DNA of 64,000 nucleotides from the NCBI GenBank assembly GCA_002269645.1, contig NIVC01001215.1:270625-334624 (forward strand), in the 5' to 3' direction. The notes beneath the pieces were generated by a model. That model saw nothing but the letters and a program-made list of their open reading frames with translations. It did not search any database and was not told the DNA's origin. The stretch comes from Macrostomum lignano. Its lineage: Eukaryota. Below, piece by piece: positions 14,876 to 27,050 of the stretch (position 1 is the first letter of the stretch; each line of letters starts with the position of its first letter). The position numbers and the translations under genes were made by a program.

Positions 14876-15306
14876 CCATTACTACTGTTCAGGGCTGGAT
14901 TAGCAATCTATTACTACTGTTCAGGGCTGGATTAGCAATCCATTACTACTGTTCAGGGCTGGATTAGCAATCCATTACTACTGTTCAGGGCTGGATTAGC
15001 AATCCATTACTACTGTTCAGGGCTGGATTAGCAATCCATTACTACTGTTCAGGGCTGGATTAGCAATCCATTACTACTGTTCAGGGCTGGATTAGCAATC
15101 CATTACTACTGTTCAGGGCTGGATTAGCAATCCATTACTACTGTTCAGGGCTGGATTAGCAATCCATTACTACTGTTCAGGGCTGGATTAGCAATCCATT
15201 ACTACTGTTCAGGGCTGGATTAGCAATCCATTACTACTGCTCAGGGCTGGATTAGCAATCCATTACTACTGTTCAGGGCTGGATTAGCAATCCATTACTA
15301 CTGTTC
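14876..15306. repeat. 32-bp minisatellite CCATTACTACTGTTCAGGGCTGGATTAGCAAT, about 13 near-identical copies, downstream of the RNF19-like stop
   Basis: Period 32 (14941 to 14973). Confidence 0.95.
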
Positions 15307-15451
15307 ATCAATCGAATTCATTCTCGGTGTCCTTAGCCAAAGCGTTGCTGTCAAGACAAACACAAAAGTGTCAGTAAAAATAGAACACGAATGGCTGAAG
15401 ACGCACAGCAGAGGTGGCAGCGCACTCTTTGAGTACCCAGGCCCGAGTCGC

Positions 15452-18400
15452 TCAGCTCTGAGCAGTCGGGGACGAAGGCTGCGCGAGCTGATGGGGAGGC
15501 GGCTCTGATCCGGACGTGCAGGCCGCACCTTTGGCTTCCTCGGCGCTGGAAAGGATGATGCGGTGAGCCTGACTGAGTGACCCGCTAGCCCGCACCCTCA
15601 CTGGCTGAGTGACCTGCCAGCCCGCACCCTCACTGACTGACTGAGTGACCTGCCAGCCCGCACCCTCACTGACTGACTGAGTGACCTGCCAGCCCGCACC
15701 CTCACTGACTGACTGAGTGACCTGCCAGCCCGCACCCTCACTGACTGACTGAGTGACCTGCCAGCCCGCGCCCTCACTGGCTGAGTGACCTGCCAGCCCG
15801 CGCCCTCACTGGCTGAGTGACCTGCCAGCCCGAACCCTCCCTGGCTGAGTGACCTGCCAGCCCGAACCCTCACTGGCTGAGTGACCTGCCAGCCCGAACC
15901 CTCACTGGCTGAGTGACCTTCCAGCCCGCACCCTAACTGGCTGAGTGACCTTCCAGCCCGCACCCTCACTGACTGAGTGACCTGCCAGCCCGCACCCTCA
16001 CTGACTGAGTGACCTGCCAGCCCGCCCCGCAGCCATGCTGCTCGAACCCACCAGTTGTCATCCATCTTCCCAGCCGCATCTTCTGACGCGGAATTCGCAT
16101 CTTCAGGCATCGAGTTCGGGCTGACGTCGGCTCGAATCCGCAGCTGGAACCCGGCCTCCTTGCTGGTCTCGCCAGTCGCCGAGGCCGCCGTAGTCGCCAA
16201 CTGAGCGCGCGCATCGGCGAGGTTGGCGAAGTCGGCAGCCGGGTCGCCAGCAGCCTCACCGCCGTCCCCGTCTGAGTCGTCCTGGCCGGAGGCGCAGCCG
16301 TCCGAGCGGCATAGCGACACGGGCACCACGGCATAGACGTAGGCCAGCAGGATCGGAACGGCAACGGCCACCGTCAGGACGGCGACAACCGGCGACACGA
16401 TGATCGAGCCAGTGACCACCAGAGCCACCAGGCAGCGCCGCTGCGCCGTGGTCCGCCGACCCGACTTGCGCAGGCGGTGCCGGAGACGGTGGGCCGCCCA
16501 CACGGGGACGCCAGCAATGATGACCGGCAGCGCTAGGCCGGCCAGCAGCGCGATGCCCACCGGGGCGCCGATCAGCGTGCCGACCTGCGCGACGGAGAAG
16601 GGGGCGGCTGGCAATGAAATCCAGATCTAAATCATGGGAAAAACCCGTGAAGGGATCTGAGACACTTGTGACCGAATCTGGGTGACCGAATCTGGGGATC
16701 CGGGTGACTGAATCTGGGGATCTGGGTGACCGAATCTGGGGATCCGGGTGACCGAATCTGGGGATCTGGGTGACCGAATCTGGGGATCTGGGTGACCGAA
16801 TCTGGGGGTCTGGGTGACCGAATCTGGGGATCCGGGTGACCGAATCTGGGGATCTGGGTGACCGAATCTGGGGATCCGGGTGACTGAATCTCGGGATCTA
16901 GGTGACTGAACCTGAGACACCTGTGACCGGATCTAGGGATCCGGCATTTAAGTCAGATTCACACGGCGCTGAGATATTGAGACTCACCTGCCACAGGATC
17001 TTTTTCTTGCGGGACCAGGGCTTCTTGCCCCAGAAGGTGCAGCCGCTGGGACTGAGGTAGTGCAGGTCGGTGATCTCCTTCCTGCACAGCCAGCAGAACT
17101 CGGTCCCGCACAGTTTGCACTTCATGTGGTTGCAACTGCCGTCGTTCTCCTTGGAGATGTAGGTGGCGCAGCGGGGGCACTGCTTCACCTCGGCGGGCGG
17201 CTCCGAGCTACTTGGCGCCAGCAGCACCTCCGGGTTGTCGCGGGCAGCAGCGTACAGCTCAGCCTTCTGCCGCTCGATGCGGGCCTGCTCGCAGGTGCTG
17301 GTGGGGTGCCACTCGCTCTTGCAGTGATAGCAGAAGCTTGTGCCGCACACCTCGCACTCCAGGCGGGGGCAGCTGGCGCAGTCGCTGGCGATGACCGCGT
17401 ATCTGGGAGGCGATTCGGCATGACCGCTGATGACGACTGAAGCTTATTATGACCAACTTTACTATGACCCCACCAGTCTGAATTTAGATTAGCACTATGA
17501 CTCAATCTATTGGCTTCATGACCTCAATCTATTGGCTTCATGACCTCAATCTATTGGCTCTATGACCTCAATCTATTGGCTCTATGACCTCAATCTATTG
17601 GCTCTATGACCTCAATCTTTTGGCTCTATTACTGAATCTATTGGCTCTATTACTGAATCTATTGGCTCTATTACTCAATCTATTGGCTCTATTACTCAAT
17701 CTATTGGTTCTATTACTCAATCTATTGGCTCTATTACTGAATCTATTGGCTCTATTACTCAATCTATTGGCTCTATTACTCAATCTATTGGTTCTATTAC
17801 TCAATCTATTGGCTCAATTACTGAATCTATTGGCTCTATTACTCAATCTATTGGTTCTATTACTCAATCTATTGGCTCTATTACTCAATCTATTGGCTCT
17901 ATTACTCAATCTATTGGCTCTATTACTGAATCTATTGGCTCTATTACTGAATCTATTGGCTCTATTACTCAATCTATTGGCTCTATTACTCAATCTATTG
18001 GCTCTATTACTCAATCTATTGGTTCTATTACTCAATCTATTGGCTCTATTACTCAATCTATTGGCTCTATTACTCAATCTATTGGCTTTATGACCTCAAT
18101 CTATTGGTTCTATTACTTAATCTATTGGTTCTATTACTGAATCTATTGGTTCTATTACTGAATCTATTGGCTCTATTACTCAATCTATTGGCTTTATGAC
18201 CTCAATCTATTGGTTCTATTACTTAATCTATTGGTTCTATTACTGAATCTATTGGCTCTATTACTCAATCTATTGGCTTTATGACCTCAATCTATTGGTT
18301 CTATTACTCAATCTATTGGCTTTATGACCTCAATCTATTGGTTCTATTACTCAATCTATTGGTTCTATTACTCAATCTATTGGCTCTATGACCTTAACCG

Positions 18401-19066
18401 GTATGCAAGTATGCAAAAATCTGGCGGGACAGCACAGCATCACCGAGCCGCTCACTTGCAGTCGGGCGCGGGGCACCAGCGGCAGTCGGGGTCGGCGGCC
18501 AGCACCCTGCGCAGGGTGAACAGCTCGTATTTGACTCGCAGCTCCTCGCTGACGATGGCGTTCACGTCTTCCGGATGGAGGCGGGCGCTGCAGCTCAGAC
18601 AGGCTGCTGGGAGGCCCTCCAAGATGGCCAGTCGCAGCGCCGTGGCCAGGCATGGCCGGCAGGCGAAGTGGCCGCAGTCGGTGATCATGTCCGGGAACTG
18701 TCCCACCGGCAGTCGTTCGGCGCACACCGGACACTCAGCCAGACCGTCCGCGTCCGCCGCGGCCGCAGCGGGTGTCACAGTGACGGCCACCGTCGACGAG
18801 GCGGAAGTTCCGGCCGCGCCGCCAGCGGCGCTGGAGTCGCCGGGCTGCTGGGAGGAGCGCCCTACTGGCTGTCGCACCGAGGAGGCGGCCGAGGAGCACT
18901 TCGGCTTGCGGCCGCTGCTCCCGCTGCTGCTGCTGCCGCCGCCACTAAAGAAGTTGCCAACCGCGTAGAGCACCGAGTTGGGCCTCCGGCGCTGCTTCAA
19001 GGAGCCGCCGCTGGGGCCGCCGACAGTCTCCGCCGGGGCAGCAGGGGATTTGGTTCTGGACAGCAT
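15452..19066 (-). CDS. RNF19: RBR (RING1-IBR-RING2) E3 ubiquitin ligase with C-terminal hydrophobic/TM region, RNF19A/B (Dorfin) family. Exons approx. 19066-18456, 17402-16988, 16584-16052, 15545-15452.
   Basis: RING1 [13 protein letters not shown]; family-typical [25 protein letters not shown] joined across an AA|GTGAGC..CCCAG|A intron; RING2 [49 protein letters not shown]; [41 protein letters not shown]. Splice phases are compatible. The last exon and the start at 19066 (after acceptor TTTCACAG) are less certain. Confidence 0.92.
15575..16022. repeat. Intronic minisatellite (33-41-bp units, core TGAGTGACCTGCCAGCCCGCACCCTCACTG) in RNF19 intron 3
   Basis: Read directly. Confidence 0.9.
16660..16905. 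repeat. Intronic 22-bp minisatellite (GGGTGACCGAATCTGGGGATC[T/C]) in RNF19 intron 2
   Basis: Read directly. Confidence 0.9.
17495..18395. repeat. Intronic 21-bp minisatellite (CTCAATCTATTGGCTCTATTA) filling RNF19 intron 1
   Basis: Period 21 (17641 to 17662), about 40 copies. Confidence 0.95.
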
Positions 19067-19671
19067 GGACTCTGCTGTGAAAGATGCTGGAATAAGCGGC
19101 ACATGAGAGTCAAGGCACTGCCTAACAAAGCTCGGACGCACCATTGCGTTGAGAATTAAGCACTAATTATTGATATTGAGCCCTGAGTAGTGGGAACTGA
19201 ACTTGGAGCATTTAGCAGAATGAGCATCGAGTCTGATTCTGATTAAACTCGCCAGTCTCGCTGCTATCGGCGCACTATGTATGCATTAGTATGCATTCAG
19301 GGCGATAAATTTTGTCAATCACAAAGAACCGAAATCTATCATAACAAATGATAGCTAATTTTATAAAGCAGGTGGCAGCTAACAAATTTGAAGCGTCTCA
19401 AACACGCAGCGTAGACAGTTGGGGTGATGAAGAGCAAAGCAGCTGAGCCCGCCTCGCTTCTGTGCACTCAAACAGCACGCAAAGTGAACAGTGCTCAGGG
19501 GCAGAGCGCCTCAGACAATGAACAGCAGCAGCCAGTGCAGGTACGGAGTGAAGTGCAGGCCCAATGCATTAAATTAAACAGCATACAAAAACTGCATAAC
19601 GGGTTTAAGTCACAAGAACGTAACTTCAGTCTCAGACGCGTCTCAACCCCGTCGGGGCTCGAGTAAAGATC

Positions 19672-19685
19672 GTTACCATAGCAAC
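19672..19685. promoter_or_regulatory. RFX X-box GTTACCATAGCAAC
   Basis: Exact match to the X-box consensus GTNRCC-N(0-3)-RGYAAC, 40 bp upstream of ATG 19725. Confidence 0.7.
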
Positions 19686-19724
19686 GCACCGGGACGGCAG
19701 TTCAGGCTCTGAAGCGGGACAAAA

Positions 19725-20262
19725 ATGCCAGATAGTCCTCGGCAGGAGGGCGACGATGATAGCAAGCAGGTGAGACTCAGTGCTGCTGCTCAATGTCCTA
19801 TCAGGACACGCACTGCAGATTTGCATGCAATTTCTACTCGTGTCACAGCAGGGCCGTGGAGAAAGCGCGCGCCAACCGGGCGGAGCGCAAGGCAAAGAGC
19901 AGAGGAGGTCCAGGCCGCGGTCTCCCTACAGACAGCAGGGGCCCACGGGCAGCTGGGTGGATCCCTACACCAAGCGGCACAGGTCGTCCCTAGCCTTCAA
20001 ACGGATGTCTCAGGAGGAGATTGACGCCATCGTGCAACGGCTGCGCCAGCCGACGGTGTCCAGCACCGGGGCCAAGGAGCAGCGGGACAAGGAGGAGAAG
20101 GACAAGCAGGAGCGCAGGAAGTCGGCGGGCCAGCGGACGGACGAGGAGAGGGCAAACATCGCGCAGCGGCTGTTCAGCGCCAACACTCGAGCTTGGAAAG
20201 CCAGAGGGGAGAAAAATCCCAATACAAGAGTGCACTACAGCACAGACTTCACCATCATCTGA
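19725..20262 (+). CDS. Small charged protein of unknown function (about 152 aa), 2 exons (19725-19769, 19849-20262); candidate ciliary protein
   Basis: AAAAATG start; CAG|GTGAGA donor and TCACAG| acceptor, both phase 0; GC-rich coding-like codon usage; two related motifs IVQRLRQPT and IAQRLFSANT. Confidence 0.75.
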
Positions 20263-23200
20263 CTGAATTGTCAATGACAGACTATAGAAGTCCCTGTATT
20301 TTCATGTCATGCCAATCCAAAAAGACTTGATGTGCTCACAATAAACAAGCATGTGTAAGCTGCCCATTGTGAATGTAGTAAATAAGGAAGTTGACAAACT
20401 GATCAAATTTTCTGAGCACTGAATATAATTTCTGACCTTGATATAATCTAATTAAACAGGATGCAATGAGACAAAGAAAAAGCTAAAGATTATCTGATAA
20501 TCTAATCTAAATCTAACTCCTGGAAGACAAGACATTATTTACAAAATCTATTGTTTTGCTTCTCATATTCAATGCTAAAAGGACAATGCATGAAGTCTGA
20601 TATTTTAGACAATAGACAAAATTTATTGGTTGGATAAAGGTTGGATCAAAAAGACTGTCTTCAGATTTATTATAAATAGACCTACCTACTAACAGACCAT
20701 TTTAGTCCCATATGGACTATAATATAACTAAGTAGATTTAATAACATCATAATAAAATATTAGAGCAGCTGGTCTAACAGGTAGAAAATGGTTATTTGTA
20801 GACTCATAACACAGTCTCATGCAATATCTATAGTCATCAATAGTCTATGGTTTGAGTAGACCAACACATGATGCCATAGACTAGTGAACATTAATGAAAA
20901 CTGTCTATGGGCCAAATCAATTTATTTCTCAAGAAGGCAGCAATTAAACTTGCATACTCCCAAAAATTGGCAAAATAGATAAAATCAAGTATATCAATCA
21001 TTTAATTATTTATATTGGAAGACAAGACTGGCAAAGAACTCAACAAGTGCTTATAAGCAAAGTATAAGCCCAATGTGCTATCAGCTGAAAGTTCTAAACT
21101 ACTTAACTACCAAGAATAGGATAAGTTATGATCTATACTTAGGCTAAAGCCTATATCTAGCTAAGACAAAATGACTCAATATGAGTTCATATCCTTAGTT
21201 GTCATAGTATGAAGTTATTATGACTGTCATTAGTGACTAGTATGTATTAAGCTCTTGACTTGCTTATATTCCACTATCAATATCTAGAAGTAGCATCAAG
21301 ACAAGCCACCCATAGAATTCCACTGTTATATAACAATATGCTAGTGCTCTGATCACATATGGTAATTGTTATCATTTGCAACTAAAGCAGCTTAACAATC
21401 TTGCTTATAGTCTAGACCTTGACCTTACTAGTAGTATAATAATTAAAAAATAATAAAAATGAAATAAATACTAAAATACTTACAAGTGGTACAAGATGCA
21501 AAACAAAGACCTAATTTTCAACATAAGCTACTGTTGTGCCTAGGTGCACTTGTACCAATGAGCAATCTCTGGCTCTTGGTCAGGTGGGCTAGGCATTGCA
21601 CTCTAAACCCTCTACTGCATTCATATAACTCAACCAATTTCATTATGTCTAGCTATAGTATATTTTTTTATTAAGCCCTGATTGGCTAGATTGCCTATCC
21701 TACATCCCCAATTTACACAAATTATGATTTGCTATTGATATGCATGCAATTATGCTAGCCAATCTGTGGTTAGAAAAAGCTTTTTGTGGTTTTAATCCTT
21801 AATCTTAAAGGTTTGGGGTGTGAGTTGAATGAAAAAATAAGTGAATTTAGGCCTACTTACTATATTTAATTTAGACATGTCAGACTACTTGATAGTAGTC
21901 CTTAAATTTTTATCAATAAACAGATAAACTTAAAGTAAATTTAAGTAAAGCAAGGAATTTAGCTTTAATCAATTATCATATAGTCCATTTTAATTTTTAC
22001 CATACTATGTAATTACAGACTAGCTGTCATGTTAATGAAATGCTATGTATAAAGATATATAAGCAATTATTCTATTAGTAATAAGGTCACAGTATATAGC
22101 TTCCTAAAACATAAAGCTTTTACAAGACTCTAGCTTGAATGTTTACCCTCAAAAATAAAGGTAAATAAAATACTAACTAATATATTTTTCATATGACAAT
22201 TTTTTATTTTGTTTGCTTATATACTTGATTTATTTAATTAGTTGGTTTAGCCTATCTATATATTTTTCTAAGTTTTTTATGCAGCTTACAATTAGAATTT
22301 CTTATACAATGGTATTAGCTATACTAGAAATGTATATACTTTAGCCAAGGTCTATTTTTTACTTGCAAACCCTACCTATGTTTCCTTTTAGAAAGTTACT
22401 GAGTTCATGGGCAGATAAAAAAGCATTGGCCAGCTAATGCACCCATGGTAAAATATTAATAATATTAATACTTAAAGCCTATTTATCTACTAAGCATATT
22501 TTAATTGTGGTTGTCAATGTACCTTATTGGATCAAGTGAGCATAATAAGTAGTTTACTTATTTTACTATTCCATTTAACCAAAAGTGCTGACCCAACAAG
22601 AATCAGTTTGACTCAGATAAAATCTAAGTAGATATCAAGTCTTATATTTCATTCATATTTCAAAGCAGTCTAGACTGATAAAATTGATAAGGTGTTCTTT
22701 TTAACCATTAAGGACAGTTATAAAATATAATTTAAAAAAGGAATCTATTTTGCTTATGCACTTACTGTTTTGCATTTCCTACACAAAAGAAGAGGCTATT
22801 TTACATATACACTTACTTTTTTGCATTTTCTAGTTCTATACTTATGAACCCTCTACTAATGCTCAAATATTTTAAAGAATTTCTAGTATATTTATAAAAG
22901 CATTTTTGGTATTTTTTATTCACTTTTTTATTTTTTATCAGTTTGTAGCACTGTTGGATAGACAATTAAAGCTACTTAATAAAATTTATTATACAGAGAG
23001 ATTATACAAAATAGATTATCAAGAGTCTGATTTGTTACGTTTATAGACTTTAAAAAATCAGCTAGTGCCATAGCTCTAGGTCTTTAGATTAGATTTAATT
23101 ATTTGCTACATAAGAATTTTTAGCTTGTGCTAGGGGTGTTCCCATACAATACACAATACTACCGCTGTAACCAAAGTTGTCGTAGGGCTTACTTCTGTCC

Positions 23201-25205
23201 TCCAACTATCCCACAGTTAAGCCACCAAAGTTGTGACAGGCCTTTCAGCTTTCTCTAGAAATTATCCTACTAATTGCCACCAACTGTGACAGGTGTATTT
23301 CTTCTTACTAAAATTTCTATTACTGACACTAAATTCTGCCTTAATAATTCTAACTGTTTTCTTAGAATATTTTTCTGGGTATCATTCTCGTAGTATTTGG
23401 TCTGGTAGCGTTCTTAGTATATGGTCTGGTAGCATTCTTAGTATATGGTCTGGTAGCGTTCTTAGTATATGGCCTGAGCGGTCTTACTAGTATATGTACT
23501 TTCTCTCTCCAGTCTGGGCATTACCGAGATTAGAGGGTCACAGCGATCACTCTTAATACTGCTTTTGCATGAACTCCCGATTTTTCTCTCTCTATTCTTT
23601 AGTACACTTTCTTTGAAACACTCTTAGAATCTCTTACTGGTACAATGAATAATGCTTTGAAGATCTGAGAACATGTATTATTGAACTAGCTATAACGATT
23701 TAATTTGCAAGAGCAAGTTGACTTCTTCTTCCCTAAACTTTGCTCCTATTTATACTAATTGTGACGAGTATATTTAAACAAAAGGCTATTATTCCAGAAC
23801 ATTTAGAAAAGTAAAACAACATAAAAAATTTTACACGTACATTTGAAATAAAGCCTTTCTAGGAAACCCTACCATAAGCAAGTGCTTTTCATAAAAAAAT
23901 ATTTGCAACCTAAAAACACATTTGGATATAATTTTTATCACTATATATGATCATGCTCCAAATCATTATGCTTTGATTCATAGAGACAAGATTGATAAGC
24001 AACCACTAATGCAAGCAGAAAAATACCAAATTGTCCCAACTAATGAATACTAACATAGGTAGAAATATTTGCAGAATCATCAAATATATTCTACAAAATA
24101 ACAGGCCTAGTAGTATATATCCAGTGCTTCCTAGTAAGACTTTATTTGAACATATGTTGAAAGTCATTCCTTGCTAGGCTGCTTCTACTTTGCAGTTAAG
24201 AAATACCAGGTACAACATTTAGACACTATTAGAACCTGTCTTCAATATTTAGAAAAGCAGGTTTGCAAGCTTAAAGGCTTCATTGAAAATTTCTAGCTAA
24301 GCAAGAGAGCTTATAAATCTTATTTGAAATATTATTGCATTGTAGATATTCAAGGCTTATGTTGAAAACCACACCTTGCCCATCTTTTGCTCTTTAGTCA
24401 AACAAGATGAAATTTAGATGCTAATAGAAGTTTCCTTAACATGTGGAAACAAAAGTTTGCAAAGTTTGAAATGAACCTTTTCTTAATACAAGTTTTTACC
24501 ATGCATTTCATATTATATTATATTAAATTTCATATAAAAGTATATTCTTTTTGTAAACATTTATAGTAATGTTTTATTTTTTCTCCATTTTATCTATAAA
24601 TAAAGTTTTAATGAGAAAAATTTATCATCACTATAAAATTTTTTGTCACTTAAAATACATATTGATAATTGACTTATGTTTTTTTCGATGAAATTTATTC
24701 CAAAGAACTTTATTTGAAATAAATTTTAATTTTAAAATAGGTCTATAAATAGCAATAAAGTCTTAAAAAACTGCCAAGTTTCTTTTAAGGGCCTAACTTG
24801 TCTTTAATATTTATCAATTTTCAATGATTTCATAGACAAGAATATAAATATATAAGGGTCTTATTAAGTGGGCAGTTGTGATGCCTAAAGTAAAAAAGAC
24901 ATAGACCCTATTTGATTTCATCTTATATAGATGATTTCTGACAAAGTTTAATTTTTTTAAACAACTCATTGAGATGCTGATTACTTATATGCTTATACCC
25001 AGTCAACCTAGCTAATTTGGCTAGGTAGCAAGAGGTCTAGCCAAGTTAAGTTGCAAAATGCTGACCCAAAAAAATTATATGAAAAAGAGGAAAAAAGCAA
25101 GAAAAGAAAGAAAAACAAAGGTAGAGAAAGAGAAAAAAGGGAAAAAGGCAAAAACAGAGACTATATAAGTCAAAGTATTACTCTGAATCATTCATGCCCA
25201 ACACC
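20190..25205. other. AT-rich, CpG-depleted tract, probably a decayed and formerly methylated repeat/TE
   Basis: No CG seen by eye in 20190-23037 and one in 23840-25205, with a small CG-containing island at 23038-23840. No recognisable ORF. Confidence 0.6.
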
Positions 25206-25430
25206 CGTCCGACCTGTCTGAACTAGACAGGTGAAATGGCTGCTGGCCAAGGTAAGTCACAAAATCGAAAACGCAAAAACCAAAAAATTGGGAGAAGAAA
25301 GGAGAGGAAGAGAAAGGGAAAAGAAATGAGGGAGAAGAGAGAGGGGGGAAGAGGAGAAAGAAAGAAAAATAAAAGAAAAGAGAAAAAGGCAAGAAAAGTC
25401 ATATACAAAGTGAAAATTAAGTTGCAATTG

Positions 25431-26178
25431 GGAGGAACTAAGTCGCAATCGAGAGGAACTAAGTCGCAATCAGGAAGAACTAAGTCGCAATCAAGAGGAA
25501 CTAAGTCGCAATCGAAAGGAACTAAGTCGCAATCAGGAAGAACTAAGTCGCAATCGAGAGGAACTAAGTTGCAATCGAGAGGAACTAAGTCGCAATCAGG
25601 AAGAACTAAGTTGCAATCGAGAGGAACTAAGTCGCAATCAAGAGGAACTAAGTCGCAATCAGGAAGAACTAAGTGGCAATCAAGAGGAACTAAGTCACAA
25701 TCGAAAGGAACTAAGTCGCAATCGAGAGGAACTAAGTCGCAATCGAGAGGAACTAAGTCGCAATCAGGAAGAACTAAGTTGCAATCGAGAGGAACTAAGT
25801 TGCAATCGGGAGGAACTAAGTCGCAATTGGGAGGAACTAAGTCGCAATCGGGAAGAACTAAGTTGCAATCGAGAGGAACTAAGTCGCAATCGGGAGGAAC
25901 TAAGTTGTAATCAAGAGGAACTAAGTCGCAATCGAGAGGAACTAACTTGCAATCAGGAGGAACTAAGTCGCAATCGAAAGGAACTAAGTCGCAATCGAGA
26001 GGAACTAAGTCGCAATCGAGAGGAACTAAGTCGCAATCAGGAAGAACTAAGTTGCAATCGAGAGGAACTAAGTTGCAATCGGGAGGAACTAAGTCGCAAT
26101 TGGGAGGAACTAAGTTGCAATCAGGAAGAACTAAGTCGCAATCGAAAGGAACTAAGTCGCAATCGGGAGGAACTAAGT
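25431..26178. repeat. 21-bp minisatellite (GAGGAACTAAGTCGCAATCGA), about 35 copies
   Basis: Period 21 (25441 to 25462). Confidence 0.95.
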
Positions 26179-26289
26179 AGTCTTGAATCCCATATTCTAA
26201 ATCGTCTTAAAATCCTCTGTAAAGCCTTTCAAATACCATATTTTGTTTTCCCTGTTTGCAAAAACTGATTTCCATTGTCCAGACTCAGA

Positions 26290-27050
26290 CTCTCCTGTCT
26301 CCTCTCTGCATTCTTGCCGTTACTCAATTATTACTCTCCCTCTTTATTTATCTCTTCTCCCTTGTGTTTCGTCTGTACCCTCTTCTGTCTCCTATCTCCT
26401 CTCTTCTCTCTTACTTCTCCCTTCTTCTCTCCTCTCTCATATCTCATCTCTACTCACTTATCTATCGTCTCTCCTATACCCTCTTTCTTCTCTTTTCTCT
26501 CTCCTCTCTGCTCTCGTTTATCATATCTCCTATACCCTCTCCTTTCTTATCTCCCATCTTTCTTGCTTCCTTTCTACCATCTCGATTCTATCTTCTCCCC
26601 TTTGTCTCTTCTCTTCTCTAATCTCTTCTCTCTCTTATTTTCTCAATCATATCTTTTCTCATCACATCTTTCATTTGTCCTCTCTGCACTCTTATCTTTA
26701 TCCTCTTTCTTTCTCCTCACTACTTTCTTCTCTTAACTCTCTCATCTCTGATCTTTCATCTCTCTCCTCTTTTTTATTTCAGCTGTATGCTCTTATCCCT
26801 CCTTTCTTCTCTCATCTCTCCTGTCTCCTCTCTGCTATCTCATAACTACCCTCTCATCTCCACTCTCCTCTTCTCTTCTCTCTCCCTCTTCATTCCTACC
26901 TTACTCCACTCTTCTCTCCCATCTATCATCTCTAATCTGTCCTCTCTCATATCTACTCTCTTTTCTATCATCTCTCCTTTTTTTCACTCTTCTCTATACT
27001 TTCTCTTCTCTGACTCATTTAATGTGCCAAATCCATTGAAATCCTCTCTG
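26290..27050. repeat. CT-rich low-complexity tract
   Basis: Pyrimidine-skewed irregular (TC)/(TCT) sequence. Confidence 0.85.

Noticed and set aside
14571-14935. Short ORFs downstream of RNF19
   Set aside because: No recognisable domain or convincing splice context.
17584-18093. Leucine-heptad ORF (LLALLLN)n
   Set aside because: Translation of a 21-bp intronic array on the strand opposite RNF19.
23160-23300. Possible gag zinc knuckles on the minus strand (TCHS.., ACHN..)
   Set aside because: Imperfect short repeats without CX2CX4HX4C spacing; cannot be supported.
25236-26180. Basic protamine/histone-like ORF (SRGTKSQ)n
   Set aside because: Product of the 21-bp array and an A/G-rich flank; no splice or start context; interrupted by a stop at about 25910.
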